A stretch of DNA of 64,000 bases, taken from NCBI GenBank assembly GCA_044226015.1, contig JBGAHS010000004.1, forward strand, positions 783,371 to 847,370. The letters are read 5' to 3'. Under the pieces are notes generated by a model. That model did no database searches. It had not been told where the DNA came from and saw only the letters and a program-made list of their open reading frames with translations. Positions 39,927 through 51,000 of the stretch are shown one piece after another (positions within the stretch are counted from its first letter, which is position 1; each line of letters opens with the position of its first letter). The stretch comes from Candidatus Obscuribacteraceae bacterium. Its GTDB lineage: Bacteria; Cyanobacteriota; Vampirovibrionia; Obscuribacterales; Obscuribacteraceae. Made by a program: the position numbers and the translations under genes.

Positions 39927-41033
39927 GTGAGTGACAAAATAGCAAAACGCATAGCCGACGAGTTGGGTGTCGATTTGACAGAGCTTTTAGCTGAGAATCT
40001 CAATGGTTCCGATTTGCATTCGTTGCTTTTGGCAGTGCTCAAGCGCCGTGTAAGTAAGCTTGATTCTGCAGTCTTGCGCCAGTCCTCAGCTGTTTCGCGT
40101 GCCTGTTCGCTCGACGGGCGCCTTCTCAACAAATTGGAATCAATCGCTTTCGAGCTGGCTTCTGATTTTGAAGTGATTGACCTTTCGCCCCTTAATGCTC
40201 TTGGCTCTGTGTCTATCTTGACTGGCTTAGACCAGGGGAATGTATTGAGCACCATAAGACCATTTGAATGTGCCGCTGATCCCACTATTGGCCTTGCAAT
40301 TGAAAGCGCACAGCGGAGGAAGCGCCAAAATGATCGAAAGACCCCTGTGCGACTCTGCAGCAGCCAGCGAGTGCTCAGATTTCCTTTACCTACAAATCGA
40401 GAATACAGTGCTCATTTCAAATTATTTGCAATGCTAACTGCCGGGAGAGACTCAGGAAGTTTCGGATTCGAACTCGCAGCGCTAAAAGAGCAAATAGATA
40501 CTTATTTAAGGCTTTTGTCCGAGCTGAGCAAGAATGGTTTTGCTTTTGATGAAATTCGAGTCGAGCTTTCTGATACAAGAGCAGTTTCACATCTTTGCAC
40601 CATGTACGGTGTCAGTCGCGACGAAATTAAACTGAGCGTTCGCGCACGCGACTCAAGCAGCGCAGCAAAGTTGCTTGGACAGCATGAGAATATCTGGCCC
40701 GAGAAAATGGCGAATCCTGCCATCGAGCTTGCGGCTTATGGACTTCCAAATCACCTCATTTTGCATTTGAACTCTCTTGTGCAGAAGGTGTGTGCCCCGC
40801 TTTCTGCTGAACATGGCACTGTGAGATTCGACTTCAACATGCATCGTTTGACCGGGCTAGGTTATTACAGTGGTCCGTGCTTTCACATCAAGGCAAGAAA
40901 CGCTGAGGGGCAGAGTTTTACGATCGCCGATGGTGGCATGCTTGATTGGACGCAGAAGCTTTTGTGTGACAGCAAAGAGCGCTTACTAAGCAGCGCGATT
41001 GGAATCGAAATGCTCTGCCGAATGTTCCGCTAA
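39927..41033 (+). CDS. Hypothetical protein with class II aminoacyl-tRNA synthetase (HisRS-like) fold features
   Basis: GLGYYSG, IADGG..DW and SAIGIE segments, with no anticodon-binding domain. GTG start after GAGGA. Confidence 0.6.
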   Translation: MSDKIAKRIADELGVDLTELLAENLNGSDLHSLLLAVLKRRVSKLDSAVLRQSSAVSRACSLDGRLLNKLESIAFELASDFEVIDLSPLNALGSVSILTGLDQGNVLSTIRPFECAADPTIGLAIESAQRRKRQNDRKTPVRLCSSQRVLRFPLPTNREYSAHFKLFAMLTAGRDSGSFGFELAALKEQIDTYLRLLSELSKNGFAFDEIRVELSDTRAVSHLCTMYGVSRDEIKLSVRARDSSSAAKLLGQHENIWPEKMANPAIELAAYGLPNHLILHLNSLVQKVCAPLSAEHGTVRFDFNMHRLTGLGYYSGPCFHIKARNAEGQSFTIADGGMLDWTQKLLCDSKERLLSSAIGIEMLCRMFR

Positions 41034-41057
41034 TAACTCTTGAGAGTTCGTAATTGC

Positions 41058-43373
41058 TCAGTGCGTTCTGTTCGCTTCAGCAAGTTCTCTCAAAGTTCTC
41101 CATCGCGTGTATTGCTCAGCTTTCTCTGGGGATGGGTCTTCGTGCTCGTTCAACCAGAAATCGAACCAATCAATATTCGTCTCTATGCTTGCGTTGATCA
41201 GCTTAGGTTTAGAGTTTGTGTGCGCTCCGTTGCGAAAGTAAAGTAAGTCGACGGGTTTATTCATCATTCTCAAAACCGGGTATGTGCTCCAGTCCAATAA
41301 TCCATAAGGGCTGTTTACTTGCACCAAAACCGGTGCCTGTATCTTATCTAAATTGAAGCCGCTCGCTTTGTCGATCCATTTTCTCAGTCCGGCACCGAAG
41401 GGCTTGCAGCCGTAATCTCTATCTAAGTAGTTGCCGCCAGAAGAAATATCGAGATTGCGCAAATATTCACCATAGCTGCTGGAATTGGCATCGACAATCG
41501 AGGCTGCTCTGATGTATCGTGGTTCCTTTATTAGTGTGTCCAATACATACCAGCCGGTTCTGCTGTACGCAACTATGCCAACTCTAGTGGGATCGACCAG
41601 TCCTTCTTTTTCTAGTTGCTGAATGGCTGCAACATAGCAGTCCTTGCCGTCTTTTTCTGATTCAAGTTCTGTGCCTCTGAAGTTCGAGCCTCGGCGAGGT
41701 TCTCCCGTCTGCAGCACAAGCATTCCTCGCGAAACGGCTACACGACCCGGTGTTGTTGAACTACTCTTGTTGAAGAATTCATACTCGCTTAGTGAATGTG
41801 TTTCAATCAACAGAGGATAACGTTTTCCTCTTTGAAAATCTGGTGGTTTCAATAATGCACCTTTGCATTCCCTGCCCTCCTTGTCTTTCCAGCTGTAGAA
41901 GGATGTGCTTCCGAAATCTACGTTGGCCAGGTATGCGTTTGGGTCGAAAAATATTTTTCCTTTATTTGTCTTCAATAGCTCTGGAATGTCGAGCTGCTCT
42001 TTTCCCGTGTATCCAATCAGAACTGTGGGGCGATCAAAATCCTGATATCGATAAATGGATAGATCTTCTTTTGTTTTTTCGTTTGCCTTTTGTGCATCAC
42101 CGTTTTTTGTCCAATCACCATTTTTGTTTAGCTCATAAACTTGTTTGCGACCGTTGCCTTCTATTTCAAGAGAGGAGCCCTTCAGCCAGGTGATGGAATA
42201 AGTTGGAAACCGATCCTTATTACCATATTCGGTGCCAGGCAATAAGTGGGTTTTGCAGTTGTCCTTCACGTCCACAACTACGGTGCAGGGGCGTAAGATC
42301 TTTGCGGACGAATCGCTGATAGGCAAAAATGTGCCTGACACAGCTACCTTCGAACTGTCGGGCGACCATGCAATTGTAGGCTCGTCTTCATAGGTGTATC
42401 CCATTAAGCCAGCCGTTGGAGCGTCCAATAAGGGGCGTTGTTCGCCTGTGCTCAGGTCTTGCAGCACAAATTGTTCGATTTTATGAATTTGGCTTTTGTC
42501 TTGCGCAGAGCCTCTGCTCTTTATGCGTGAATAGTCTTTGGAGTTAGGTTCATATTCTTCCCACTGCGCAGGTATGGTTTTCGCTTGTGCAATTGAAACG
42601 GCATATTTTGCATCTGGAGATGCGCTGAGTGTGGGGGAAAGACTGTAAAATGAGGTCTTTCCTTTGATTCCACTGAGCTTCTGTTGTTGCTCCGACTTAT
42701 TGAGATCAATAATACCGATCGTTAATGGTGCCAACCCATATTGAGATTGCGTAAAATTTGGGAAGGCTAGTTGCGTCGAGGAGTATCCTGCTCCTCGCAC
42801 TATATCTGGTGCCCCATCCGAACTTCCAGCTTGAAACCAAGATTCGGGAGCCGGCGATTTAGAGCTAAGGTAAATTGCGGAATGTCCTGTTATTTGAAAG
42901 CTTGCGATGTCTTCTCTTTCTGGACTAATAAAACTGACCTTCCTCGTTTTGATTTCACAGCTACTTATTCGTCTTTCCCAGTGTTTTCCGCGTTGGAGAA
43001 AATAGATTTTGCTTCCATCGCTTGACCAGCATATATTTGTGATAGTCCGTGGGTAACCAGTGTCATCAAAGGTATCAGCTGCAAGGGATACAACCTTTTG
43101 TCCGAGCGAAGCTTGTTTAGTTGAATTGTCTGCGCAGAAACCTTTTACTTCGGCGGTATTGAAAAGCCAGATAGAAGATTCGATCTGGTTCGTATCTAGC
43201 TTACCTCTAGAGCTACACGTGACGAATTGCTTCCTGTCTGGTGAATATATTGGATACTCAAGAATTGCAAGTTCAACGCTGTCTTTTACTGTCCATGGTC
43301 TTGCGTGTGCTTCACTACAAAACGAAAACTGCAAAAGTCCAAACAAGATTAGCAAGAGACAGACCACTTTCAT
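41058..43373 (-). CDS. Exported S9 prolyl-oligopeptidase-family protein, AtxE2 lasso-isopeptidase-like
   Basis: Signal peptide, propeller repeats (YSPD, WSSDG, WSPD), LLKPPDFQRGKRYPLLI, VGIVAYSRTG, NGAH and a C-terminal WFDFWL.EHEDPSPEKAEQYTRWR. Confidence 0.8.
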   Translation of the reverse strand: MKVVCLLLILFGLLQFSFCSEAHARPWTVKDSVELAILEYPIYSPDRKQFVTCSSRGKLDTNQIESSIWLFNTAEVKGFCADNSTKQASLGQKVVSLAADTFDDTGYPRTITNICWSSDGSKIYFLQRGKHWERRISSCEIKTRKVSFISPEREDIASFQITGHSAIYLSSKSPAPESWFQAGSSDGAPDIVRGAGYSSTQLAFPNFTQSQYGLAPLTIGIIDLNKSEQQQKLSGIKGKTSFYSLSPTLSASPDAKYAVSIAQAKTIPAQWEEYEPNSKDYSRIKSRGSAQDKSQIHKIEQFVLQDLSTGEQRPLLDAPTAGLMGYTYEDEPTIAWSPDSSKVAVSGTFLPISDSSAKILRPCTVVVDVKDNCKTHLLPGTEYGNKDRFPTYSITWLKGSSLEIEGNGRKQVYELNKNGDWTKNGDAQKANEKTKEDLSIYRYQDFDRPTVLIGYTGKEQLDIPELLKTNKGKIFFDPNAYLANVDFGSTSFYSWKDKEGRECKGALLKPPDFQRGKRYPLLIETHSLSEYEFFNKSSSTTPGRVAVSRGMLVLQTGEPRRGSNFRGTELESEKDGKDCYVAAIQQLEKEGLVDPTRVGIVAYSRTGWYVLDTLIKEPRYIRAASIVDANSSSYGEYLRNLDISSGGNYLDRDYGCKPFGAGLRKWIDKASGFNLDKIQAPVLVQVNSPYGLLDWSTYPVLRMMNKPVDLLYFRNGAHTNSKPKLINASIETNIDWFDFWLNEHEDPSPEKAEQYTRWRTLRELAEANRTH

Positions 43374-43676
43374 TTTGCTTCTCCCTGCGCTCATAATTCC
43401 GGGGTTTTCAAACCCGTGAGTGCAAAAACGAGTTTTCAGCAATCACCGTCTTGGAAATTATCGGAGAGTTCTTGTGAATTCGTTGTTAATTGCAATCAGC
43501 ATATTTCCACAGATCCACACTGCTGTTTACACGCCGCAATGCTTCTTGAGCATAGCTAATCAATCTGAATCAATCTGATCATCATTAATGCGGAAGTCTT
43601 GATTTATAAAAAATGTGGCTGAGGAATAACGATTATATGTTCAGGCGATCAACCAATTGGTTGGAATTGGAAACTA

Positions 43677-44660
43677 ATGGATCTATTTTTGAAAGGATTG
43701 GGCTGCGTCGCAGTTCTTCTCGTTATTGGGGTCATCTTCTTTATATTCAAATTGCGGCAGTTTTCCAAGCAGTTGAGTAGCTCTGTGAGTCCTGCCGAAA
43801 TTCACGTTCATTCTACAACCGAGGACAAGTGGTCTGATAAGAAAACTCGTGATGAGACAGTCGCAGCATTAAGCTCCAAAGGATTCATAAATCTGGGCAT
43901 GTATCGCATCGATGAGATGCCACTGATACCTGTGATGGCCATGTCCCATGGGGAAAATCGTTTACTTGCAGTGCTCTATGAGCATCCAAAACTTGGAATT
44001 TGGATGGATTTTGTCGTGAAGTACCCGGGAGACAAATCGCTTACTGTGAGCAATGCTTCGATGGGCGGGCAGCTTGAGCACCGCCCAAATCACGACAAGG
44101 AATATATGCCAAAGGTGTCCATGGCTGACTTGTACACGAAAGTCATTGCGCTAAGTTCGGGCAAAGAAAAGGAGCCTGTCCCAACCGATAATGCCGGGTT
44201 TATTGAGGCAATGCAGAATTCCTACAGAGACGACATGCTCTGGAGAAGCAGTCGTGGTGGCGTCAATGCTGAGGAGTTGAGGCGCCTGGCTGAGTCTTCT
44301 GGGCAGAAGGTTAATGATGAGATTATTCAGTCTGCCCTCGAGATTGAGCAGGGCAAAGCCTATTCCCGACTGGCTTCACAGTTGATTCCGCGTCTAGAGG
44401 CAGAAGGCATCATTCCATCATCTAGAAGCGAGGATTTTGATTCGAGCCTGGTCTTTGTGCATGATCAAATGGGTAAGGAGACTCTCGGCGAGATACTCAA
44501 TCGCTTCGGCTTCCCGGCTATAAGTTCCTCTGAATCTCTGCGTGAATCTTTTGCTTCCTGGAATTCCTCTCTCTCTCCTGAAACCCGCTTCCAAAAGTTA
44601 GGGGCTCTCAAAACACCAGTTGAAATTGACGTTTATAGGTCTCGGACGGCAATGCTCTAG
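43677..44660 (+). CDS. Membrane-anchored hypothetical protein
   Basis: N-terminal TM helix on a 327-aa ORF. Confidence 0.8.
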   Translation: MDLFLKGLGCVAVLLVIGVIFFIFKLRQFSKQLSSSVSPAEIHVHSTTEDKWSDKKTRDETVAALSSKGFINLGMYRIDEMPLIPVMAMSHGENRLLAVLYEHPKLGIWMDFVVKYPGDKSLTVSNASMGGQLEHRPNHDKEYMPKVSMADLYTKVIALSSGKEKEPVPTDNAGFIEAMQNSYRDDMLWRSSRGGVNAEELRRLAESSGQKVNDEIIQSALEIEQGKAYSRLASQLIPRLEAEGIIPSSRSEDFDSSLVFVHDQMGKETLGEILNRFGFPAISSSESLRESFASWNSSLSPETRFQKLGALKTPVEIDVYRSRTAML

Positions 44661-44873
44661 ACTCGCAGAGCCCTCAAAGTTCACTGGTATGATGAGGACT
44701 GTCGCGCGGCTTCGCCGAATATGTAAGTCTTGGAGATCTTTAAGCGGACAAGCTCTGCGTCAAGATCGTCGGGGCGCTACGCCTCAAGCCGAAAAGAACT
44801 GAAGCGGAGGCTCAGATTGCAGTCAGACAGCCCTGCTGGTTCTTAAGTGTTGGTTTAAGAAAGCTTCGTCGAA

Positions 44874-47462
44874 TTAGTGAGCAGCGCCGCCACCATTTTT
44901 TTCGGCTTGTGCGTGATCAGACGAAATTACTTCTACAGAGCAATTCGCCCAGACTGCGATTGCTTCTGAAACGCTACCTACAACGATTCTCTCGGCCAGA
45001 TTTTTTCCTGCAGAACCGAGCACGATTAGATTTACGTTTTCGTTTTCTGCAAACTCTAGAATTGCATCACTGGCATCGCCATCGATGACTGCATAACGTG
45101 CCCTTGCTTGCGGAATGTTCGCCTGCAGCTTTGCGACCGCTTTCTCCAGGCGTTGTTCTGCGAGCTGAACCTGCTTGTTTCTGTTCGATTGCAGTTCGTC
45201 AATTTCATAGCAGTCTGTATAATCTTGCAAGAAACCAGCAAGATTTGGAATTGCTGAGACACAAATGAATTCTGTATTCTCTTTCCACGGTCGTCTAGCG
45301 ATTTCGAGCAATGCGTGAGCAGAAAATACTGAATCATCCAGTGCCACCAAAACCTTTGTTTCTGCAGTTGATTTCTTCTTTCTGCAGATGCGTACAGAGC
45401 AATGTGCTGAGAGTAGCAATGTGTGAGACAGGCTTTCCATGCGCTTTCTTGACCTGGAACCTGTGACTAACAGTTCTGTCCCACTTTGGCGAAGCAGTTC
45501 ATATATTTCGGTTTTGATATCACCATTTACTACCATTGTCTCGATGCGATGAAGTGTCTTGTTCGCGTCGTAAATCGAGCTGGCAACGTCTTGTACGAAG
45601 GCTTCTGCTTTGTCACTGTGTTGGGACGAAACGGCTACGCTGAAAGGCACGTCTACTACATTTACGATAGTCAATTCAGAGCCCGCTGGCCATTGTGCTT
45701 CTTTGACTTCTTCGATTGCAACCCGTGAGTGCTCAGAGTCATCCACAGCCAATACAATGCTCAGTCCGTGAGACGGCGGAATAACCACTGATGGACGGTA
45801 TCTCAGTGACGAGCTGTCTGTGGTTCTCGGTACAAGTGCATCCATGCCATCGATGCTGAACAACAATCCATTGCGAGCGCAGTCGAGTTTGAAAATTTGC
45901 AGAAATGTTGAACTTGAGTGATCCACCACGTTAACGGAATTCAGCAAACGAATGTGAATCGGCTTTCTATGTGCAAATGCTTTCTCACATGCAGAGCGAA
46001 GGTAAAGGGAGTTGAAGCACGCGAGTGAACCAGAAATGTCTATGTTTGATGATTTTTCACCTAGTTCTACAGAGCTAATGGGGTTCGTCACCAAATTTGT
46101 GATGGTGGATAGTTCGAATTTGCCTGAAGAGCGAGAGTTGTAGTAAATGAGAAGGATGAACTTCAGAATTATTCCTGCAAGAATGCCGATTAACAAATCT
46201 GTGCTCACGGTTACGAGAATCGTCACCACATAAACTAGTGTTTGCTCGGCCCCCATCGACCACATGTAGCGCCATTTGTGTGGACCTGCAAGCTTCCAGC
46301 CAATATGTACAAGCACGGCAGCCAGTGCCCCGAGCGGAATCATCTTAATGACCGAGCTAGCAAGCAGCAAGAACGTAATCAGGAAAAGTGCATTGTAGAA
46401 GTTAACCCATGCAGTTCTTCCGCCAGAATGAATACAAGTGGTGCTTTTGATAATGCCAGGAATGATAGTTAGGCCGCCGATCAAGCTTGAACAAATATTT
46501 GCGATACCCATTGCAAACAAGGTGCGATCTGGGCTTGATTTGCGATGCCACGGGTCAATTTTGTCTACTGCCAAAATTGTGGCGAGCGACTCGGTTCCAT
46601 CAACAAACGTCAGTGTGAGTACCGTTACGATGATCGAGCCAACAAGCGATGGGTCTGAAAACAAACCTTTGAAATCGGGCATTACTATGCCATGCTCTAT
46701 CAAATTGGACGGAACATGAACCAGATATTTGGCATCAAGATGCCAGGCTGCCCCCAACAAGAGCGCAACGACCACTACTATTAGCTGAGGCGGTAAGGCA
46801 TTGAGCCGCGGTAATTTCAGTTTCGGAATCAAGAATAAAAGCGCAAGGCTTGTCGACGATATTGCAAAAATTTGGGGTTGGAAATGCACCATTTCTTGTG
46901 GTGTTTCCATCACCATTCCCCAGAACTCATGCGCTTTGTAAGAGTGACCGATGAAGTTGGGAATTTGCTTTGCAATCAACATGAATCCTATTGAGGAGAG
47001 CATGCCTTGAATTGCAGCGCTGGGAAACAGGTAGCTGAAGCGTGCAGCCTTCATGTAGGTCAGAACGATCTGCAAGAGTCCAACAAACAAAATCACTGCT
47101 GTCACGAGGTGATAGCCAGTGTCCATGTTGCCTTTGCCTAGCGTCAAAATCGAAGAGTACAAAACCGGAGCCAGTCCAGCTGCCGGTCCGCAAATGGTCA
47201 CAAAAGAACCGCCTAGAAACGGAAATACTAGCCCAGCGATTATCTCGGAAGTTAATCCGCACAGAGGCGGTGCTCCTGACGATAAGGCGATACCTAACGA
47301 GAGAGGAACCGAAACGAGGGCGACAACCAGACCCGCCAGCATGTCCTGTTTCCAGTTAACCAGCCCTTTTAACCCATTTTGCGGAATTATCTTGTTGACT
47401 TGGGAACGGGAAAATTTCGAGGTGGTGGTGCTGGTACTGGTGGTGTTGCTAGCCGTGGTCAT
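44874..47462 (-). CDS. SulP/SLC26 anion transporter fused to a STAS-like domain and two USP domains
   Basis: DMLAGLVVALVSVPLSLGIALSSGAPP, GPAAGL, ANICSSLIGGL, then STAS-like VVDHS, then IVLAVDDSEHS and VLVALDDS...LIVLGSAG...VGSVSEAIAVWANCSVEV. Start set at ATG 47462. Confidence 0.9.
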   Translation of the reverse strand: MTTASNTTSTSTTTSKFSRSQVNKIIPQNGLKGLVNWKQDMLAGLVVALVSVPLSLGIALSSGAPPLCGLTSEIIAGLVFPFLGGSFVTICGPAAGLAPVLYSSILTLGKGNMDTGYHLVTAVILFVGLLQIVLTYMKAARFSYLFPSAAIQGMLSSIGFMLIAKQIPNFIGHSYKAHEFWGMVMETPQEMVHFQPQIFAISSTSLALLFLIPKLKLPRLNALPPQLIVVVVALLLGAAWHLDAKYLVHVPSNLIEHGIVMPDFKGLFSDPSLVGSIIVTVLTLTFVDGTESLATILAVDKIDPWHRKSSPDRTLFAMGIANICSSLIGGLTIIPGIIKSTTCIHSGGRTAWVNFYNALFLITFLLLASSVIKMIPLGALAAVLVHIGWKLAGPHKWRYMWSMGAEQTLVYVVTILVTVSTDLLIGILAGIILKFILLIYYNSRSSGKFELSTITNLVTNPISSVELGEKSSNIDISGSLACFNSLYLRSACEKAFAHRKPIHIRLLNSVNVVDHSSSTFLQIFKLDCARNGLLFSIDGMDALVPRTTDSSSLRYRPSVVIPPSHGLSIVLAVDDSEHSRVAIEEVKEAQWPAGSELTIVNVVDVPFSVAVSSQHSDKAEAFVQDVASSIYDANKTLHRIETMVVNGDIKTEIYELLRQSGTELLVTGSRSRKRMESLSHTLLLSAHCSVRICRKKKSTAETKVLVALDDSVFSAHALLEIARRPWKENTEFICVSAIPNLAGFLQDYTDCYEIDELQSNRNKQVQLAEQRLEKAVAKLQANIPQARARYAVIDGDASDAILEFAENENVNLIVLGSAGKNLAERIVVGSVSEAIAVWANCSVEVISSDHAQAEKNGGGAAH

Positions 47463-48083
47463 CTTTGAATCCGAGTCAATAGGGTGCCAAAAACGGAATT
47501 GCCTTTTTGAGTTTATTGATAGATTGTGATTAAATTGGGTTCGATATGGTCCTTGTAAACTTTCGTGGATGCGTATTTGTAGCGTTTCGGAAGTTAGAGT
47601 CATCTCCGCCCTGCTGTTCTTCGAACGGGAGCTCCGCCATCCTGGCGTTTCTGGTCACTAGATGCCGGCATCCTGTGGGCATCGAGAGAAGCATTATCTT
47701 GCTGTGCTTGCTTGCGAATCTGGGCGAAAGCAGCCAGGATGGCTGCGCTCCCAGATCCGTCAATTCTCTAGGCTCTAGGGCTGCTCACTTCGGATCTGGC
47801 TCCATGATTCTTCATGAATCATCGGAAATTACGCATATTTCAGACTGCTGGAAAAACTCCGTTCGGCTATCGAGTTCAATCTCGAAAGATAACCATGTCA
47901 GTCCTTTTCAGAGACGGATTGCTGAATGGTGTCAAATCGGTAAGAAACATTTGCGGCTCAGGGGTCGGAAAAGTCTGATATTACGTATTTTCACCGATTT
48001 GAAAGTGTGACCTCTCATCTATATTTGAACGACGGTGCTTGGGTCAGTACCAAAAACTTCGACCGTTTCCTGGAGATTCTAAA

Positions 48084-51000
48084 TTGAAAAACTTCAAAAC
48101 CAGCAGAACTCATGGTTATTTAGCAGTTGCATTAACCATGACGATTGGTTCGAGCTATGCATTCCAGCCATGCTTAGCGCAGACAGCTCCGGGACACTCG
48201 CCGTTCAATCTTGACCTGACCTCGAAGTCAGCGATTCTAAGTCCTGGGCACCTGGTCGATAAAGGACCGATTACCATCACGGTTGGTTCACAACAAATCG
48301 TCGTAGACCCCAGTTCTAACCTGACACCAGCTGAGAGATTGGCTGTGTATCAGGTTTTTTCGACAGGGCAACAACAAATTATTTTGGGACCACAGGGAAA
48401 TGCTATTGGAGGCTCGCTGAATATTGGCGCAAATTTCAGCACCTATGTTTCTGGTCTCACAGTGCCGAAGAACGTCACCGTGGTTACAAACGCTGGTGTC
48501 GCACCAAACTTGAATCTGACCGGTGCACTCGTTAATGCTGGAAAAATATATGCTTATTCAAGTGTACCGGCGGTAAACACTGCAAACATTTCAGCGCTGA
48601 GCATCTACAACAACGGAACTCTTTCTTCTGTGTTACCTGCTCAGATTGCGCATCTTGGTGCAGTTCAATCTTTGAATTTGAATCTGATTGCACAGCAAAA
48701 TATTTTCAACAGCGGTGTTATTAGTGCCAGTGGCAATCTCAACTTGATTGCTGGTGGGCAGATTAGCAATATCACTCAAGGAGCCACTCAGGCACTTCTG
48801 AGCGGAACCAATGTAAACCTCGTGACCGGAGCTATGGCTTCGTTGAACAATGCACAGCTCATCAACACAGGGTTAATCACCGCGAGCGCTGGCAATGTGA
48901 CAGTTAGCTCTCTAACGAATAATCTGCTTATCAATAACAGTCATGGCGTCATCAAAGCCATCGCTGGTGACATTGCGTTTACTTCAGCAGGTTCAGTTCT
49001 GTCAGTTTTGAATAATAGTGGGTCGATGATTGCTAAAAATCAGTTGTCCTTTTTGATGGGGTCATCTAATCCGTCCCAGAATCTGCAACTAACCGGAGGC
49101 GATTTAGCTGCCAGGTCGATTCTCTTCTCTGGAACTGACACAGCCATTGTCGTCGAAGCAAACAAAATCTCCGGCAAAGTAGATATAAAAGGATGCACTT
49201 TATCAATCAGTGCTGATCAGGGTGACCTCGACATCAATTCCTTTGATTTGAGCGGAGACCCAGTTTTTCGCGCGCAAACAGGCAATTTGACTATTCCCAT
49301 AACCTTTAGTGGTGGCGTCTACAACAGTGCTGGTGCATTTATTGCCGTAGCAGGACAAGACGTAACCCTTACAGGAAGCGGAACTATAGACTCTGCTGGT
49401 TCTCCAATAACCATTGCTGCTGGTGTCCAGAGTGACAGCAGTGGCAATATTCTCGGCAAGAGTTCCACTGGTGGCGACGTATTGATGTCTGGCATCAACC
49501 TCAAGTCGCAGGGTGCAAAAATTGAGTTGCAGGCAAATTCAGGAACTGCAAGCAAAGGCAATATATCCATCGGAAACATTTCCAGCGATGGATCAAACGG
49601 CAGCAATGGTACAAACGGAAGCAACGGCGGAAATGGTGGTGCCATTCAAATAACAGCTGCTGGACTCCTGAACACAGGACGCATCAGTAGCAACGGTGGC
49701 GCAGGTGGCAATGCCATTCAGATAATCGGCGTGCCGACCAATGGTGGCGCCGGTGGTGGCGGGCAGGGCATCTCACTTGTTAGCACCACTGTTAACAAAG
49801 ACTCCAAAGGCAATGTCGTTGATTACACGTACGCATTCTCTAACGGAACCAAGATCACGAGCAAGGATGCTCCAATCACCCCGCAACCGCCCTCAACCAA
49901 TACCGTGCCCGTAAGTGTTCAGCAACAAATTACAAGCGGTGGTGGTGGCAGTAATGGTGGCGCTTATGGTGATGGTGGCAATGGTAGCGCCGGTAGTGAC
50001 GGCGTTAATGGTGGCAAAGGTGGCGCCGGTGGTAACGCTGGTTCAATAACGATTTCTGCTGGTGGAGCAAGTACTCTAGGGCAAATCACTGCTCTGGGCG
50101 GAGCCGGCGGTGGCGGCAGCGACGGTAGTGCTGGCGGGCGCGGCGGCAACGGTGGCAACGGCGGCGATTCGTATGTTGCATCGAATGCAGGTGATGCTGG
50201 TTATGGTGGATCTGGCGGTCGTGGTGGATCTGGCGGAAATGGTGGCGCCGGTGGAAACGGTGGAAATATATCAATTTCAACTGGCACGTTTGCCCTGACG
50301 CTATCTTCAGTTTCTAGCTTCGGTGGACTTGGCGGCGGTGCTGGAACGGGCGGTGATGGCGGCGGTGGTGGCAATGGCGGCAGTGGTGGTACTGCCTATG
50401 GTATTGGCGCAAGTGGCGATGGCGCCTATGGAGGTGATGCAGGCTTAGGTGGTTCAGGAAGCTTCGGTGGCGCCGGCGGGTCGGGTGGTTCGATAAGCAT
50501 CAAAGCTGGAATTATTAATGATGGTCAAATCAGCCTGAACAGTGGCGGCGGCAATGGTGGCTTGGGCGGACCTGGTGGCAACGGTGGAACCGGAGGAACA
50601 GCAGGCAGCGGTGCCGGTGGGCTTGTTGGTGGTGGGTCTGGAAATGGCGGAAGAGGTGGCAGTGGTGGACCAGCTGGCGGCGGTGGTAATGGTGGCAATG
50701 CCGGCCAGATTACGGTAACTGCAATTAAAATGAACGGCACTAGTGGCAGCAGTATCTCAGCCATTGGCGGACAAGGTGGCAATGCTGCGACTCGCTCATT
50801 GACATTGACCTGTAGTACATGTGGTCCTGACGGTAAATCAGGTTCTTCGTTGATAGGCATAGGCGGTGGCTGGGGTGGCGCTGGCGGTTCAGCTGGCGGC
50901 ACCGGTGGCGGACTGGTGAGTAGCTCTGCTGGCAGTGGCGGTGATGGTGGCAACGGCGGTGCTGGAGCCGGAGGTGGTGCTGGAGGCTCGGGTGGCAATA

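Noticed and set aside
47585..47645. Fluoride riboswitch upstream of SulP/USP
   Set aside because: Only a partial GATGACTC resemblance; the conserved 5' GGNGATGG..TCNCC element is not convincingly present.
47530..48010. ORFs 47530-47763 (-) and 47546-48010 (+)
   Set aside because: Located in the divergent promoter and structured region, with atypical composition and no motifs.
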